From Ramazzottius varieornatus (lineage: Eukaryota; Animalia; Tardigrada), in the NCBI GenBank assembly GCA_001949185.1, contig BDGG01000005.1, positions 3,181,916 through 3,245,915 of the forward strand: a stretch of 64,000 bases of DNA. Reading direction: 5' to 3'. A model generated the notes under the pieces. The model had not been told where the DNA came from. It did not search any database and worked only from the letters and a program-made list of their open reading frames with translations. A program made the translations under genes and the position numbers. Of the stretch, positions 1 to 12,458 are shown piece after piece (within the stretch, counting starts at the first letter, position 1; each line of letters starts with the position of its first letter).

Positions 1-2770
1 TGCGATATGCGTACGGTATGTAGAGCGGTGTAATGAACCCTAACCTCAAACTTTCCGCTTGTTGTACTCATCTGCTTCATCACAATGTTGAGGTACTTTT
101 GACCGCCCGGACTGATGTACACTTTGCCCATGGGCAGGGAGAAAGTCCGATTCAAGAATTTCTCCGCTAGTTTTTTACCGTCTTGCAACTGTGGTGTGGA
201 TGCAAAGCAGCTGATGGGGTCGATTGTCTCGTTCAGAACCTAACCGAATAAAAGCGATTTCGAATGATCCTGATGTGAACTTGGAACCGATGAGCGAACC
301 TCGGCGAGTAAAGTCACCCCCGTGTATGCCGTTAAGGTTGGGGCAGCCAGCTGAAACACGGACAGTAACCAAGAGCATTCCAAAATGCGAGTTAGCGGAT
401 CAATTGTAGTACGTGATTTTACCCCGGACATGGTTTCCAAACTGGATATCTCGTTAGCCTCGCTTTGACTGATCCGAGTCCGGATATTTCGAACGGTTTC
501 AGCAGGGAGGTGCTCGGCTTCTCCTTCGTTGTCGTAGGTGAGGTAGAGAACTGAGCGGGAAGATGTGCTCGATACCTGAAAGGAGGCAGTGTGAAGTGAA
601 TTCGTGTGAGTCAAGGAAACTGCATTTCGGTACAAACTGAAATAGGACGAAGCTTTCCACGTACCTCAGAACTGTTTTCGAGCCATGTAAGGTCGGGGTA
701 GCTGGGAAGCATTAAATAAGGCTGACTAAAGAGGTACACCTATCAGAGAAGAGGGAGCCGTAGATACACTACATATGTGGAAGCTAACAATGGAACCATA
801 GCAGAAATGTTTGTTCGGGTACACGCGCCTGCCACAACTGTGGGCATGGACAACTCTGTGGGCAGCGGAGCGAAAGCGGCGCTGGTTTAAGTGCTTTGAT
901 TGATTGGTCAACTTCAGCTGGCCCTTGCCGCCTCCGCTCTTTTGCCTACAGTTTTTTCAATGCTCACAGTTGGGGCATGCGCGTGTCCGAATAATCGTAC
1001 CGTAGAATCGGACTTACGTATTCGCTGGAGGTCATGTTTTTTGCTTGAGCATGAATCTGAAAATAACAGTGCGGACACGTATACGTTCACGTTCTTCGTA
1101 GTACAGTATGTCTTTCTCCTTACCAGGATCTTCCGGGCTATTTCGCTTCGACATGCCAGAAACACAACTGCAAGAAAACAACAGCGTGCTTAGATTGTGA
1201 CAAATTCGCCTTCCAGAGCAGTATCACATACTTCGAGCAGACTTTTGTACAATGTTGAGAATGCTGTCGTAGTCTATCACGTGTTTTCCCGCGCTGTCGA
1301 AAGCTACCGATCGCTGCTGAAATGCCGGTGTTACTAAAACGCGTTTCAGGCTTTCACAGACGGCTCGAAAATATCCAAGGTCCCGTCTGTCGTCGCATAC
1401 AACGAATATCGTAGTCCAGTTACTGTAGACAAGGAAGTCCTTGACGAAAGCCACGAAAAGATTGTGGTGCGCTGGAGCGACTGACAATGCGGTCGGATTT
1501 TTCCTGTTATCTTTGTCGTCCGGCACGCTTCCCAGTCTAGGAAGCCTCAGGTGTTAGTTATCATGATGGTAAAAGTGTTGCAGCACAGATGCTCGTTGGT
1601 ACTTACGTTGATATCACTGGAATATTCCATTCTGATGTTAATTTTGCCACCATCAGAAATTCCGCAGAGCAAACTGAATAACATACGGGCTTAAGCTACA
1701 CGAGTGGTACCCGACAGAGAAGCGGAAACACCTAGTAGGGCTGTATTATAAAACGAGAAAAGGGATTTCGAAAAAGATCAGCCAACTGGGAGGATCGAAC
1801 TCCCGACATCTTGCTTACTAGGCAAGCGCATCTACCGCTGAGCTAAGTCGGCAATTATACTGGAGGAGTTCTGTTTCTCTGTGAGGTTGCGACGTGTGAT
1901 CGAGGCATGGACGGAGGTGACTGTGTTCGCGCGAACCTTTTCGTGTACAGTATTTATCAGCGGTTGGAAATGATAAGTCGTAGTATCAAGCAGGTACGGT
2001 GCTCTCGCGCTGCGACGTTCGGAAGCTCAGACACTCACTTAAAAATACTTCGAGTTCAACAACAGGGCGACCGGCGAGAATTTCATTTCCGAGTGCCGGT
2101 TCAGTCTCTCCAGACCTCTTGCGTTGTTGTTCAAGTTCGTAACGCAGACAGCACAGTAGCTTACTTCATTCTAAACGGATGGCACGAGCCTTCATATTTG
2201 ATGAGGACCAGCTTCGCTCTCGCTGTGCCGTTTATACCCTGGTCTCGAGTTATTCATTCCTTGGCAAAATCCTTGCCTGGATCCATAAGTGCTTTTCATG
2301 AAGAACGAAACGTGACTGACATTTCGTATCATAAGGTATGGATGTGTATTACAAAGGCTGGAGACGTCAAGTGTGCGTAATAATCACTCAATTCTGAACA
2401 GGAACAAGAATAGGTACTTACATGGAGAAATGATGACCATGGTCCCCTCAGCACCCTGGTTCTCGTAGTAATTCTGAGCAGCAATGTTGACTGTGTCGTC
2501 CGCCATCTGTTCACAATAGATGATTTTCTTGTTGGTATATCCTTGATGTTTGAGATGGAACTTTCCGCCATACATGGCGTGGGCATCTTGGATCGCAACA
2601 GGGATACTGGCGAACACATCGACATACTGGTAGGCCGCGATCGTTACTATCGTTATCTGGGGTACGGAGCAGTTGTGGATTCCATCGGACATCTCCATTG
2701 CCGTTTGTCCTCTGGATCTCTGACACAGGAAAAACAGAGAAAAGAGCAGCACCGCGGTTATCCGAGTCAT
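1..2770 (-). CDS. Natriuretic peptide receptor/receptor guanylyl cyclase-like ectodomain protein, copy 1 (multi-exon; 3' end beyond window start)
   Basis: ATG 2770 with signal peptide MTRITAVLLFSLFFLC; exon 1 (2770-2422, donor GTAAGT) has [10 protein letters not shown]...CEQMAD...IISPC; later exons give EWNIPVIST, WTTIFVVCDDR, DYDSILNIVQKSAR, VVFLACRS, VLYLTYDN and MKQMSTTSGKFE, aligning exon by exon with copies 2 and 3; pattern fits the periplasmic-binding-protein-type (ANF_receptor) ectodomain. Confidence 0.75.
822..985. mobile_element. 164-bp MITE, family A (diverged copy), in an intron of receptor copy 1
   Basis: TA|CACGCGCCTG...GCATGCGCGTG ends; same length and internal motif (CGGAGCGAAAGCG...TTGATTGA...CAGCTGGCCC) as 16506-16669. 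Confidence 0.65.
1780..1852 (-). tRNA. tRNA-Thr(AGT), intronic; D-stem has a 1-nt irregularity
   Basis: Minus strand GCCGACTTAGCTCAGCGGTAGATGCGCTTGCCTAGTAAGCAAGATGTCGGGAGTTCGATCCTCCCAGTTGGC: 7-bp acceptor stem, CTTGC/GCAAG anticodon stem with AGT, GGGAG-TTCGATC-CTCCC T arm, then a TTTTT Pol III terminator at 1775-1771. Confidence 0.85.
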
Positions 2771-4750
2771 TTTAGTGTGGGAGTAATAGTAAATAAAAAT
2801 AGCGGGGCACAACATCGGTGGTAACTCATTAAGGATCCTTTCCCACTCGACACATGATTACGAAATCCAAGAGATCGATGTAACCATGTAATGTTTCGTC
2901 ACGTAAGTGAAGTAAGCAAAGATAGTTCACGCATCTTTCTCGTGACGTCGTATTAGATGGATGTGAAGCGTCCCAGATCTCTCTAATCGTAAAAAAAAGT
3001 AACTTGAACCCTCGAAGAGCATGCCTCGAATGATATTGGTAGAAAATGATCTTTGTATACTAGCAGCTGTCAATCAGAGCAGATCAAGCGGCAAATGCAA
3101 TTGAATATGAAATGCAAGGTTCACCCGCGATTGATCCAACACCACATGCACAACTTTCATCCAACTCGTTAATTAATATTTGTTCCACTAAATGAATTTG
3201 TTCTGCTAACATTTCCTAGTCAAACCCAACTCAGACTTGCTCGGGTGGTTGTGGTGGCTGAAAACGCACTTCAGTTCACCCTTTTGAAACATACTTTGGT
3301 GGCGTTCAGCTCCCTGTATGATGAGGACCTTCGTCCCGTGTACGTTCTCTCGACCGAAGACTTGCTCTGGAAGAACTGCCAACAGTTTTATGGGCGGAGA
3401 CAGTGGAGACAGCAGTATTCGGAGCGAAGATATGAGCCGCAGCTTGTTTCCGGCTGCTTAGCTTGCTTAAGAGGGTGAAACGTTTCGTGCATCACGAGCT
3501 GTCACCAGTGCGCGCTACACCTGACTTCCGTTCGTGGTGCATGTCGCGAAGTGTATCCACTGTTTAATGGAAAGTTTACAGCTTACGACTCGCGCGCCAT
3601 GCACCACGAGCATTCATCTCAGTGCTTTGTCAACTTGGTCTCTGCAAATGGCTCCGCCCACAGTATTCAGGCTGGTCTACTGCCGTTTCGTTCCTGCGGC
3701 TGACGAGTTCGGCCGTCCCGTTAATTAATAACCGACTATCCCTGATGTACCGCTCAGTGGAGCTTTGAGCACCGCATTTGAGAGCTGCTCCATCTTCCCA
3801 ACAACTTCCTTGCTGCTGTCCAGAGACCTGTCTACTAGTCCAGTATCACCTCTGCATGTACCAGCTGCGGACCGAAAGTGGGAAATGCGGACTTCACGTG
3901 GAAACGTTACGATCACGCAACGAGTGGATGTTGTTACTTACTAAATCGGCTTCTGCATTCTGCAAAGATCGTGGGAGAAACGGCTGAAATTTTGTACTGT
4001 ATTACCTCAAAATCCACATACGTCACTCGCCACGTTCTAACAAAGATGCGGATGGTAAGCATGCGATAGGTTGCTTGGCCCAAACAGCCATGACGTTAGT
4101 GTAGCCAATTAAGAAAAGTAAATCAACCATTTACAGCTGTGCGGCGAGTTTGGTTCGGGGAATCAGCTGTTCAGTCAAAGGCTTCTCTCTGTAAATGGAT
4201 TATAGCACTTCCGGCGGAAGTTCTCGTGGTTAACCCTAGTTCTCAATACACCGCAGCCTGTCAGTTGTGCAAGGCCTAGTTAGGTGACCGGGAAAAGCTT
4301 GAACACATTGACGCCCTTTTATTTTCCGCATGATGAAGCACCGCCAAGTAGAGAAGAAAACGTCTTGATGCCGTAATACAGAGATGCCGGCTTTGAGTTG
4401 TTCAGTTTAGACATGCAGCAACCGTAGAGCGCCTTCTCTGCTGGTAGATTAGTTTGATAGTGATGTCGGCGACAATTTTTCTGTTTTACAGTACTTAGGT
4501 GAAGCCAACAAATGATACAAACGCTAGATCCCATTGGCCATCTACCGTCCCTAATAAGTTCAGCAGTCGGCTCTTGTTATATTGTGACGTCTGCAGCAGC
4601 AGCACCACCACTAGACAATACAGACTGATTAATGAGTGCAAATAATCATCGAGACAGAGCATGTTGTTTATAACCAAGCTAAGGCCATGTACCGATGAAC
4701 GCATACACTATCATGGTTTGGATCGGAGAAAACAAACGTTAGACAAGACA

Positions 4751-7700
4751 TCAAAAGGTACGACCAAAGCGCATATGCAATGTATTGACCGAGGGTATCA
4801 ATTTAGAAGTTACCAGTGAACGTCCTTTTTTCGACTCGTAAAGCACGTCTGGCTGTACTGCCCACCACATATGTCCAAGTGAGTACACTCTGCGATGGAT
4901 CCACCATCCCAACCAAACAGCTGTTCCAATAACAGGGACGAGAGCAAGACAAACGACCGACCCCAGAACGGAAGCAGGCAATGCTTGAGAGCCTACGGAA
5001 AGGAATTTCCGTTGTGCTGTTCAAATGGCTGTTGTGCCGTACGTGTACACATCCAACGGCTATGCAGAACCCACCTGCGATGCACTTTCCACCGTCGAAC
5101 CCACAGATCGGCTCATTTACAGGCATACTTCCACTGTTCCATGAGAAGTTTCTTCCGAAGGGAAAGCTCACGGTATTCTTTCGATAATTGTACCGAAGAA
5201 TGTCCTGAAAGAAGCAAATTGCCGGAATTGCTGCAGGGGAAAATGAAAGACCGACTGATTTTAAGGCGGTCGAGCAGACCTCCAGGTCTCCGGTTTGCCA
5301 GTTAACTTGTTGAACAAGCATGTCGACGTGTCTTTGACCCCCAGGAGATACGTAAATGCTGCCTGTAGGAAGTGTGAATGTACGACTGAGAAACTTCTCA
5401 ACTATCCCAACACCATTCCGTAATGCCAGAAGGGAGGAAGTATAATTTGTTGAATCCACAGTCTCGTTGATGACCTTCAAACAACACAGGCAAACCGAAT
5501 GCATCCTTGACACAGGGGAAACTTGCCATGTCAATGGCTTACAGTAACCTGAATTCACAGCCCTAGGGGAAAAACCGAGTCCAACCTTTCCAAGTAGGGT
5601 CACGACAGTATATGCTGCCACCGTTGTTGCTGCTATCTACGGAAATGAAAATTACACCCATTTAACCGGTTTTCATGTTTTTTCACATGGCGACAGATAT
5701 ATGCTGACTTTATCCGAAGTGGACAAATTGGCATATCCGGCATTGGCAATTTTTTGACGCAGGTTCTTCACGGTCACAAGTGGTAACCGGTCGACGTCTT
5801 CGTTGTCGTAGGTTACGCACAAAATTAGACGCAATGTTGCGGGTGTAATCTGACAAGAATACTCAGCACCAGTAATATAAAGTCCGCCAACACATTCCTA
5901 CCTCCGAAATGTGACACCTCAGAGAATTCTTCGCGACTCAGCCAGACTCCCGACTGACAATCTGAACACACTACTCGATAGTTCATGCGAAATTGATACT
6001 ACCATGACCACTAGCCTGGTGTTGTGACTGGAATAGAAATAAACGATGGAAAAGTTGTCACACCTGGGAGGTAGGACTGTATAAATTAACAACAGACTTC
6101 ACCAATACGGCCCGGACTGGAACGGATGAGTGGCCAGTTGTTGTTGTTGTTTACTTGTTTTGAGTCTCAATCTATCCAGACGACTGTCTGACAGCGATTG
6201 CGACTATGCTACCTGGTAAACTCTCGGCAGACCATCAATACAAAGCCTGAGGAGAAGAAAGTTTCCACGTACCTCGCTGTCCTGGATTATCCACGACAAT
6301 TCAGGGTAGCTGGGTAACAACGTGAAAGGCGTACTAACTAGGTAGACCTGTGAAAAACCATATTCATCCACTGGCTCAGGTGAGCGGGGGGGGGGGTTAC
6401 ATCTACATTCACATAAGCGTGCTCTGTACCCACATATTCGCTGTTCGTCATATTCTTCCTCTGAGCATGGATCTGTTAATAAGCACAACAACATATTGTC
6501 GGTCCTCTTTTCTTGTGGTATAGCAGCTTTGCAGCCCACTGTATCCTTAGAATTGGGAAGTACCATGAACTGTCTTGCCACATCGCTTCGGCACATCAGG
6601 AACACCACTGGAAAAAAACAACCAAGAAACAGATTTGTATCTACCAACGTTCGAAAGCTGGCCCAGTATATTTCGACCTGGTGACTCAAGACCCTTCAGG
6701 ATCAGTACCTCGAGCTGACTTTTGCACAAATTCAAGATAGACATCGTAGCTGACTGCTTCGGCGCCACTATCAAAGTTGATAGCCGGTATTTGGAACGTC
6801 GGCGCTACCAGTAGACGTTTGAAATTTTCACAGTTCGCCCTGAAGAATCCCACATTTCGCTTGTCATCACACAGCAGAAAAAGTGTGGTCCACTTCTGAT
6901 ACAAGAGGAACTGCTTTAAGAAGTTGCCGAAAACAGTATTGTGGGCTGGGGCAATCGTTAGTGCTGTCAGATACTTTCGGTCGTCCGTAGCAAAACTACC
7001 TATGCTGTAAGGGAGAGTAGTTTGGGTACCGTATCATTCTGGCAATACTTTCGGAACAGTTTGGAAACTTACGTGGAGATAACTGGTACGTTCCATTCTG
7101 CGGTCAGTCGAGCCATCATTGTAAAATCCGCCGTACAATCTGAAACGGGTGATATGAGTCTGTTCCGGATATACCGACACGGTCACGGGTCATCGTACGA
7201 CTATGGTTTTCGTTTGCTTGCCTGTATGCCCTGTACCCATCGTCCGATATTGATAGTTTGAACACCATCATGGGAAGCACACTTTTTAGTTTCCGGTCAC
7301 GTGACCATCAAGTCACTGGTACAATCAGTCAGTTGGTGAGCAATTAGTTCCGGACGAGGAGATACAGGTTCCTTGCTGTCGATCTCTCGTCGCGTGACAG
7401 GTTTATGGGGAAGTCCGAACAGCTAAAATTTACTGTCCGAAGCATTACTGTACCGACCACCACAAACGAAATCTCTTTGAGAGATTTTGCGCAAAGTTTT
7501 TCCTTATGGCTTCTATACGACCTATTTTGCCTCTTTTTTCCGGACGAAATGCTTCCACTTACGGTATCTGAGTTTGCGCAAACGAAAACCATGGTCGTAC
7601 GATGACTCGTAACCGTGAACGTATGCTACAGGTTACTGGAAGCTGTGTTCACTCACATGGTGACAAAAATATAGGACCACCCGATGGTTCCGTGCGGCGT

Positions 7701-8017
7701 ATATCATAGTAGTATGCAGCAGAAAGGTTTATCGTATCGTCCGCGAGCTCTTCGCAAAAGAACCTGGTCTGGTTGGAGTATGAAACGGACTTCATTGAGA
7801 ATCTTCCGGTGTAAAGGGAGTTGACGTCCTCCACCGCCGCTGCTATGCTGGGAATGACTTCCGAATACTGGTACGCAGCTGTCGTGACGAGGGTCAGGGT
7901 AGGAACTGGGCTTACCGTTGTCGAAGCCTCCATTACAGATGCACTAGAAACCTCGAGAAGTTTACGGGAAGAAAGGCCGAACAACACAACGACTGCAAAC
8001 ATATCGTAGAGTCGCAT
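4751..8017 (-). CDS. Natriuretic peptide receptor-like single-pass protein lacking kinase/cyclase domains, copy 2
   Basis: Signal peptide MRLYDMFAVVVLFGL; exons with [50 protein letters not shown]; juxtamembrane WNSGSMPVNEPICGFDGGKC; TM VLGSVVCLALVPVIGTAVWLGWWI; short tail HMWWAV...FGRTF, stop at 4751. Confidence 0.8.
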
Positions 8018-8665
8018 GTTTCTAAGTATCAACGATGTTTCTGCTTCGAAAAAGCAACTAGAGTACAGGGCGCAAAAAATACTCTATAGGTTTTTCTGAT
8101 CCGTCTTCGCAACATCGCACATTACAAGCAAACATGACCAATATGTTATTCAGCTGTACAGTATCATCCTTCTAGTGACCAGAACTGATACCGATGATAC
8201 GCCACGTAAAGGCAGAGACACAGGCTCAATACATTTGAACTGATCTAAAGCATCAATCCCAAGAAAAAGAATCGTGGGTTCAGCGTACACTCCTGCGCGA
8301 GAGCGTCTGTGTACGTAAGCGCATGTACGATGAGTCCACCAAATTGCTCATTTTTGCGCATCACATGTGCAACCAATCAAATCAATCAAACTGACAGTTG
8401 ATTGACTGATTGAGTAATTTGCGTCTTTTTGAGGATTCATTCCATCATTACACTGATTTCATCGTTGATCTTCGTCGTAATGACTACTTGATTGACCTTC
8501 ATTACAATGTTAATGGGGTCCAACCGGATTGACGATCGGGATGGCCGACTCGGTCCGGCCCGGACCTACCAAACGGTTCGACCCAACCAAAGACCGGGCA
8601 AAATCGGTGTCCGACCGACAGGCTGTCACGTCAGATGGGGGTCCGACATGAGAGTCTGACTCTCA

Positions 8666-10954
8666 CGAGGGGATTACGCCTGTCCCCACCTCTTTTTGGT
8701 CAAACTGTCCTGGCGGAACGAGAGAGGAGAGTCTCTTCTAGGATCTGAGCCAGTGAGCTAAATCTCGCGTCGATCCTGGAACAAACTACAGGGACTCGGA
8801 AGTGACGTCAGAAATTTATGCAATAACGTAGAAACGTGATGTCTTGTAGGTCCACGTTAGACCTAACAAACAAACCCTGAAACCCATCAGTAAACAAACG
8901 TGTTACGGCAAATAGATAGTACAGAAATGATGAGCGCCATAAAAGTGATGGAAGCAAAGACGGGCCTTGCACCACCCGCAAACCAGACGAACAATGTCTC
9001 TGCAGTTCTCGTGAAGACAACTGCCTTTCAGTTTATCAAACATAAACTTGGCTGGATTAACATACATGAAACGTTCGTCGGTATATCCCGACTTATGCCA
9101 AACTTCAGCTATCAAATTTTCGAACCTGGGCGACTGAAACTGTTGATACAGCAAAGAGTGCAATCTCAAAATCGCATCGCGATGATGCACTTGAACGGGT
9201 AAATCGTGCAAAAAGACAAAGTCGAATATCTTCTTGAAGCAGCCTTTGTACATCCTAAAGCATAACACATCTAGCGGTTGAATTTGACCGGTAACTTTCG
9301 GAGGGATGGTCAGCATTTCGTACTCCAGCTCTTCCGGTTTCAGTTCAATCACAGAATCTTGATCGGTGAAGGTCTTCCACGAGTCGGCCAAGAGAATGCA
9401 CCGCTCTTCCATATGAGGGGAAAGAACTTTTCTGAACACTCTAAGTAGAGCTTCTTGGTCATCTTCCCGGATGTCGAAGCAGTGACATACAGATTGTCAG
9501 CCTTGAACATCGTTCTCGACACGATTGGACCAAACACTCCTTTCTCTTCCTTCAGCGTTAGGAAAAGAACAGGAAGAAACTTACGCCTGCCCGGGAAGAC
9601 CGCCATCATCACAGTGTAGCTATGTGTCATGGAATTCTCCGACTGGGTGATCGCTTCCACGTGTTTTACTCCAGCAGTTTCCAAAGTTTGTCCTGGTCTC
9701 ATCTCATATTCAAAGCCTGACTGATCCGCATTCCATAGACAGTCTAACCCGTACTCTGCGATCCTTCATCTGACAAGCGCAACGCAGGCTTCAGCACTTT
9801 CCTTGACGTGAGGCGCTTCTTGTATGGATTTCTTGGTTATTTTCCGGTCAACGATCCCATAATATCTAGAAAATATTAATTTCGTTTTTGAAGGAAATCG
9901 AAGCACAGAATACTGTTGGTACCGTTTGAGATTTCCGATCTAGTCTGGGGAAGCAGTGAAACCGGCCAAGTTCACCGTTTCGTTCGCAGTGAGAGCCCAT
10001 CGACGTAAGTCCACTTGCTTTTTCCTTTTAGCGAGGAAGAACTGCTTACCGACATCCAAACGTAGAGCCTTCAACTTGTCCAGCCTGAAACCGCCTTCCA
10101 CTACCTGCTTTTCCCAGTCGTACAGCTGCCGTATGCTGGTTACTTTACCAAAACTTCTCTGAACAGTGGCCAACGTGAGACGCTTCTTCTTCACGGCGTT
10201 TCTCCAGTATGTAACCGCACGTTTCTTGTACTCCACGTTGACTAACTGATCCACTGGAAGCTTGGGGTTAGGAAGTCGTGGGATGTATAGCTCATGGGAA
10301 GGTTCAGTTCCGCTGGAAACAGGCTCAAGCAGTCTATCAGGTTCCGTAACGTCGAAGTCAGCTTCACTCCGGCCATTCAGCAGGTTGCACTGGACAACAG
10401 ATGCTTCGTAATCTTCAAATGACTNNNNNNNNNNNNNNNNNNNNNNNNNNNNNNNNNNNNNNNNNNNNNNNNNNAGATTACGAATCAATTAGTATCTTTT
10501 TTGTTTTTGAGCTCCAGTGCACAGCAAGATTACCTTCAACTATGTCCTTGAACTGCCTGTCAGCTTCGCTTGGAAAGTCGTCGATACGGTAGTGCAGTTT
10601 GTAGTCCCATTCCAGCAGCTTGATAACATTCAGCAAGTTGATGGATTCCATTTCAGAGAAGCGCAGGAATGAATGAGCAAACGAGAGAAGGTTGAAAAAC
10701 AACAGAAAACTTGATGAGCAGGAAGCACAGGCTCAATCAACAACCGAATCAACCATCGAACAATCGAGTCTTGATTGTTCATTACTCTGCTTATATACCG
10801 CCCTACTTTTGACGTCACTCCCGAGTCCCTGTAGTTTGTTCCAGGATCGACGCGGGATTTAGCTCACTGGCTCAGATCCTAGAAGAGACTCTCCTCTCTC
10901 GTTCCGCCAGGACAGTTTGACCAAAAAGAGGTGGGGACAGGCATAATCTCCTCG
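8666..10954 (-). mobile_element. Tc4/Tc5-family (DD37D) DNA transposon with 145-bp TIRs and 3-bp TCA target-site duplication
   Basis: 8666-8810 is a near-perfect inverted copy of 10810-10954 (CGAGG...CCTCG); flanks C-TCA| and |TCA-G reconstruct a CTCAG (CTNAG) target; transposase inside. Confidence 0.92.
8903..10760 (-). pseudogene. Disabled Tc5-like transposase
   Basis: HTH-Tc5-like LRRWAL...FTAS; catalytic NADQSG / LLADSW / QPLD with 37 residues between D2 and D3; C-terminal Cys/His region CGWC...LCFHHF...HHFC; premature TAG at 9940, TGA near 9767 and a frameshift near 9420-9440. The 5' boundary is approximate. Confidence 0.85.
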
Positions 10955-12458
10955 TCAGTCCCGTCATGTAAAAAACACTTTCAGTGATGTCTAATGTTCA
11001 CCTTCGTAGCTGTTAACGTATCCCGTTTATCCGAGACTTCTGGCCACCTTCCCCAGAATCACAACACTTTCCGCTACTTTCGCCCGAATCCATCTCGTTC
11101 AGCTGGATGGTGGCTTTGTTCTGATGTCAATTTTTCATCTGGAAACAAGAACATTCGTTCCTGAAGGAATAGAGATTTTCATTTCCACTGCAATATGCGC
11201 CGTTGGAATTTCTCGTAAAGAGCTTGTATCCACCGCAGGTTTACACAGCTAAAGAAGCATCCTGGGCGTTTTGGTTGCGTTTAGAACCTGGACTGATTTG
11301 AAGGGAAGGCTTCCTTCGTTCTCTGCTTTCAGTTTGAACAGACAAACAGATGCTTGAATCTTCAAAACGAAATAACAACGTAATTCTAACCATCATCTTC
11401 GCCGAAGTTGACAACAAAATCTTGCTGGGTATCGCTAGTTGGAGTGAGCACTTAGCCGAAAGTCCAAAAAGTTATTCGAGCTTTGCTTACCGTCAGCTGC
11501 GGTTTGCAGAGTCCCGAAGACGCAGCATGCCGAAACAAACTTTGGCAGTATCTGGCACGGAAAAACCTGCGTTTCCGTCGACTGGCTGTTCCTGACGTGT
11601 TTTCTCCAAGCCTCACAACGTTTACATGGGGTCAGGTATAGACGAGAGTAGGGATCAGGATAGGGTTGAGAGACGGACGTAGAGGAAAATGGTCGGTGGC
11701 TAGAACTAACGGGGGTAGCCTGGTAGCACGGAAATTTAATCGTCTGAAAATTTTCAAGTCTAGAATTTTGCGCGTGCCTCAGCCACCTACGTACAGGCGC
11801 GCTGCCTGCGCTCGACCACGTATGCGCCGGTTGAGAAAAGTCCACTCTGGCTACCGTGCGCGGTCCCAACCAAAGTACGAGAGAGACTTCCGTCGATACT
11901 CAGGTCGGGACTTTTTCTCCTTAGGATTGATAGAAACATAATCCACACTTAGCCGTTCTGCCGCTGTTGCACGTTGGGAGATTAGCACAAATTGGGCGAA
12001 AATCGATGCCACGATTTTCCATTAATTGTCAGTCTTCGATCTATATCTGTTCCACGGAACTGCATTGAGCATATACAGTAAGTCATCTGGGTAGGCGATT
12101 TGGAAAGAATATGTCGCATGAATTGCACAATACTTTCGGAAACTCCCGTGCCTCACATTTCCCGGTGATATTCCATGGTAGATAATCCCTGTTCTTTCAC
12201 TGTGTTCATCGTGAAAGCGTCATGGGAATTACTCTGCAGGCAAGCGAACAGCGCGTTGGCGGTGCCGAAGGTTACGCGAGCAGAATTAAGACTGTGAACC
12301 ACCGTGAAGAATCTTATCTCGGATATTATTTTGCATACAGCTTCAGTACCTGCCCCGATGTTGAGCAACGTTGCACCTCATAACAGAGATCCACCTCATA
12401 ATTGTGCATCAGGTGACCGCTCAATAGCGATATGACGTTCTCGATGAAGCAAAACATC

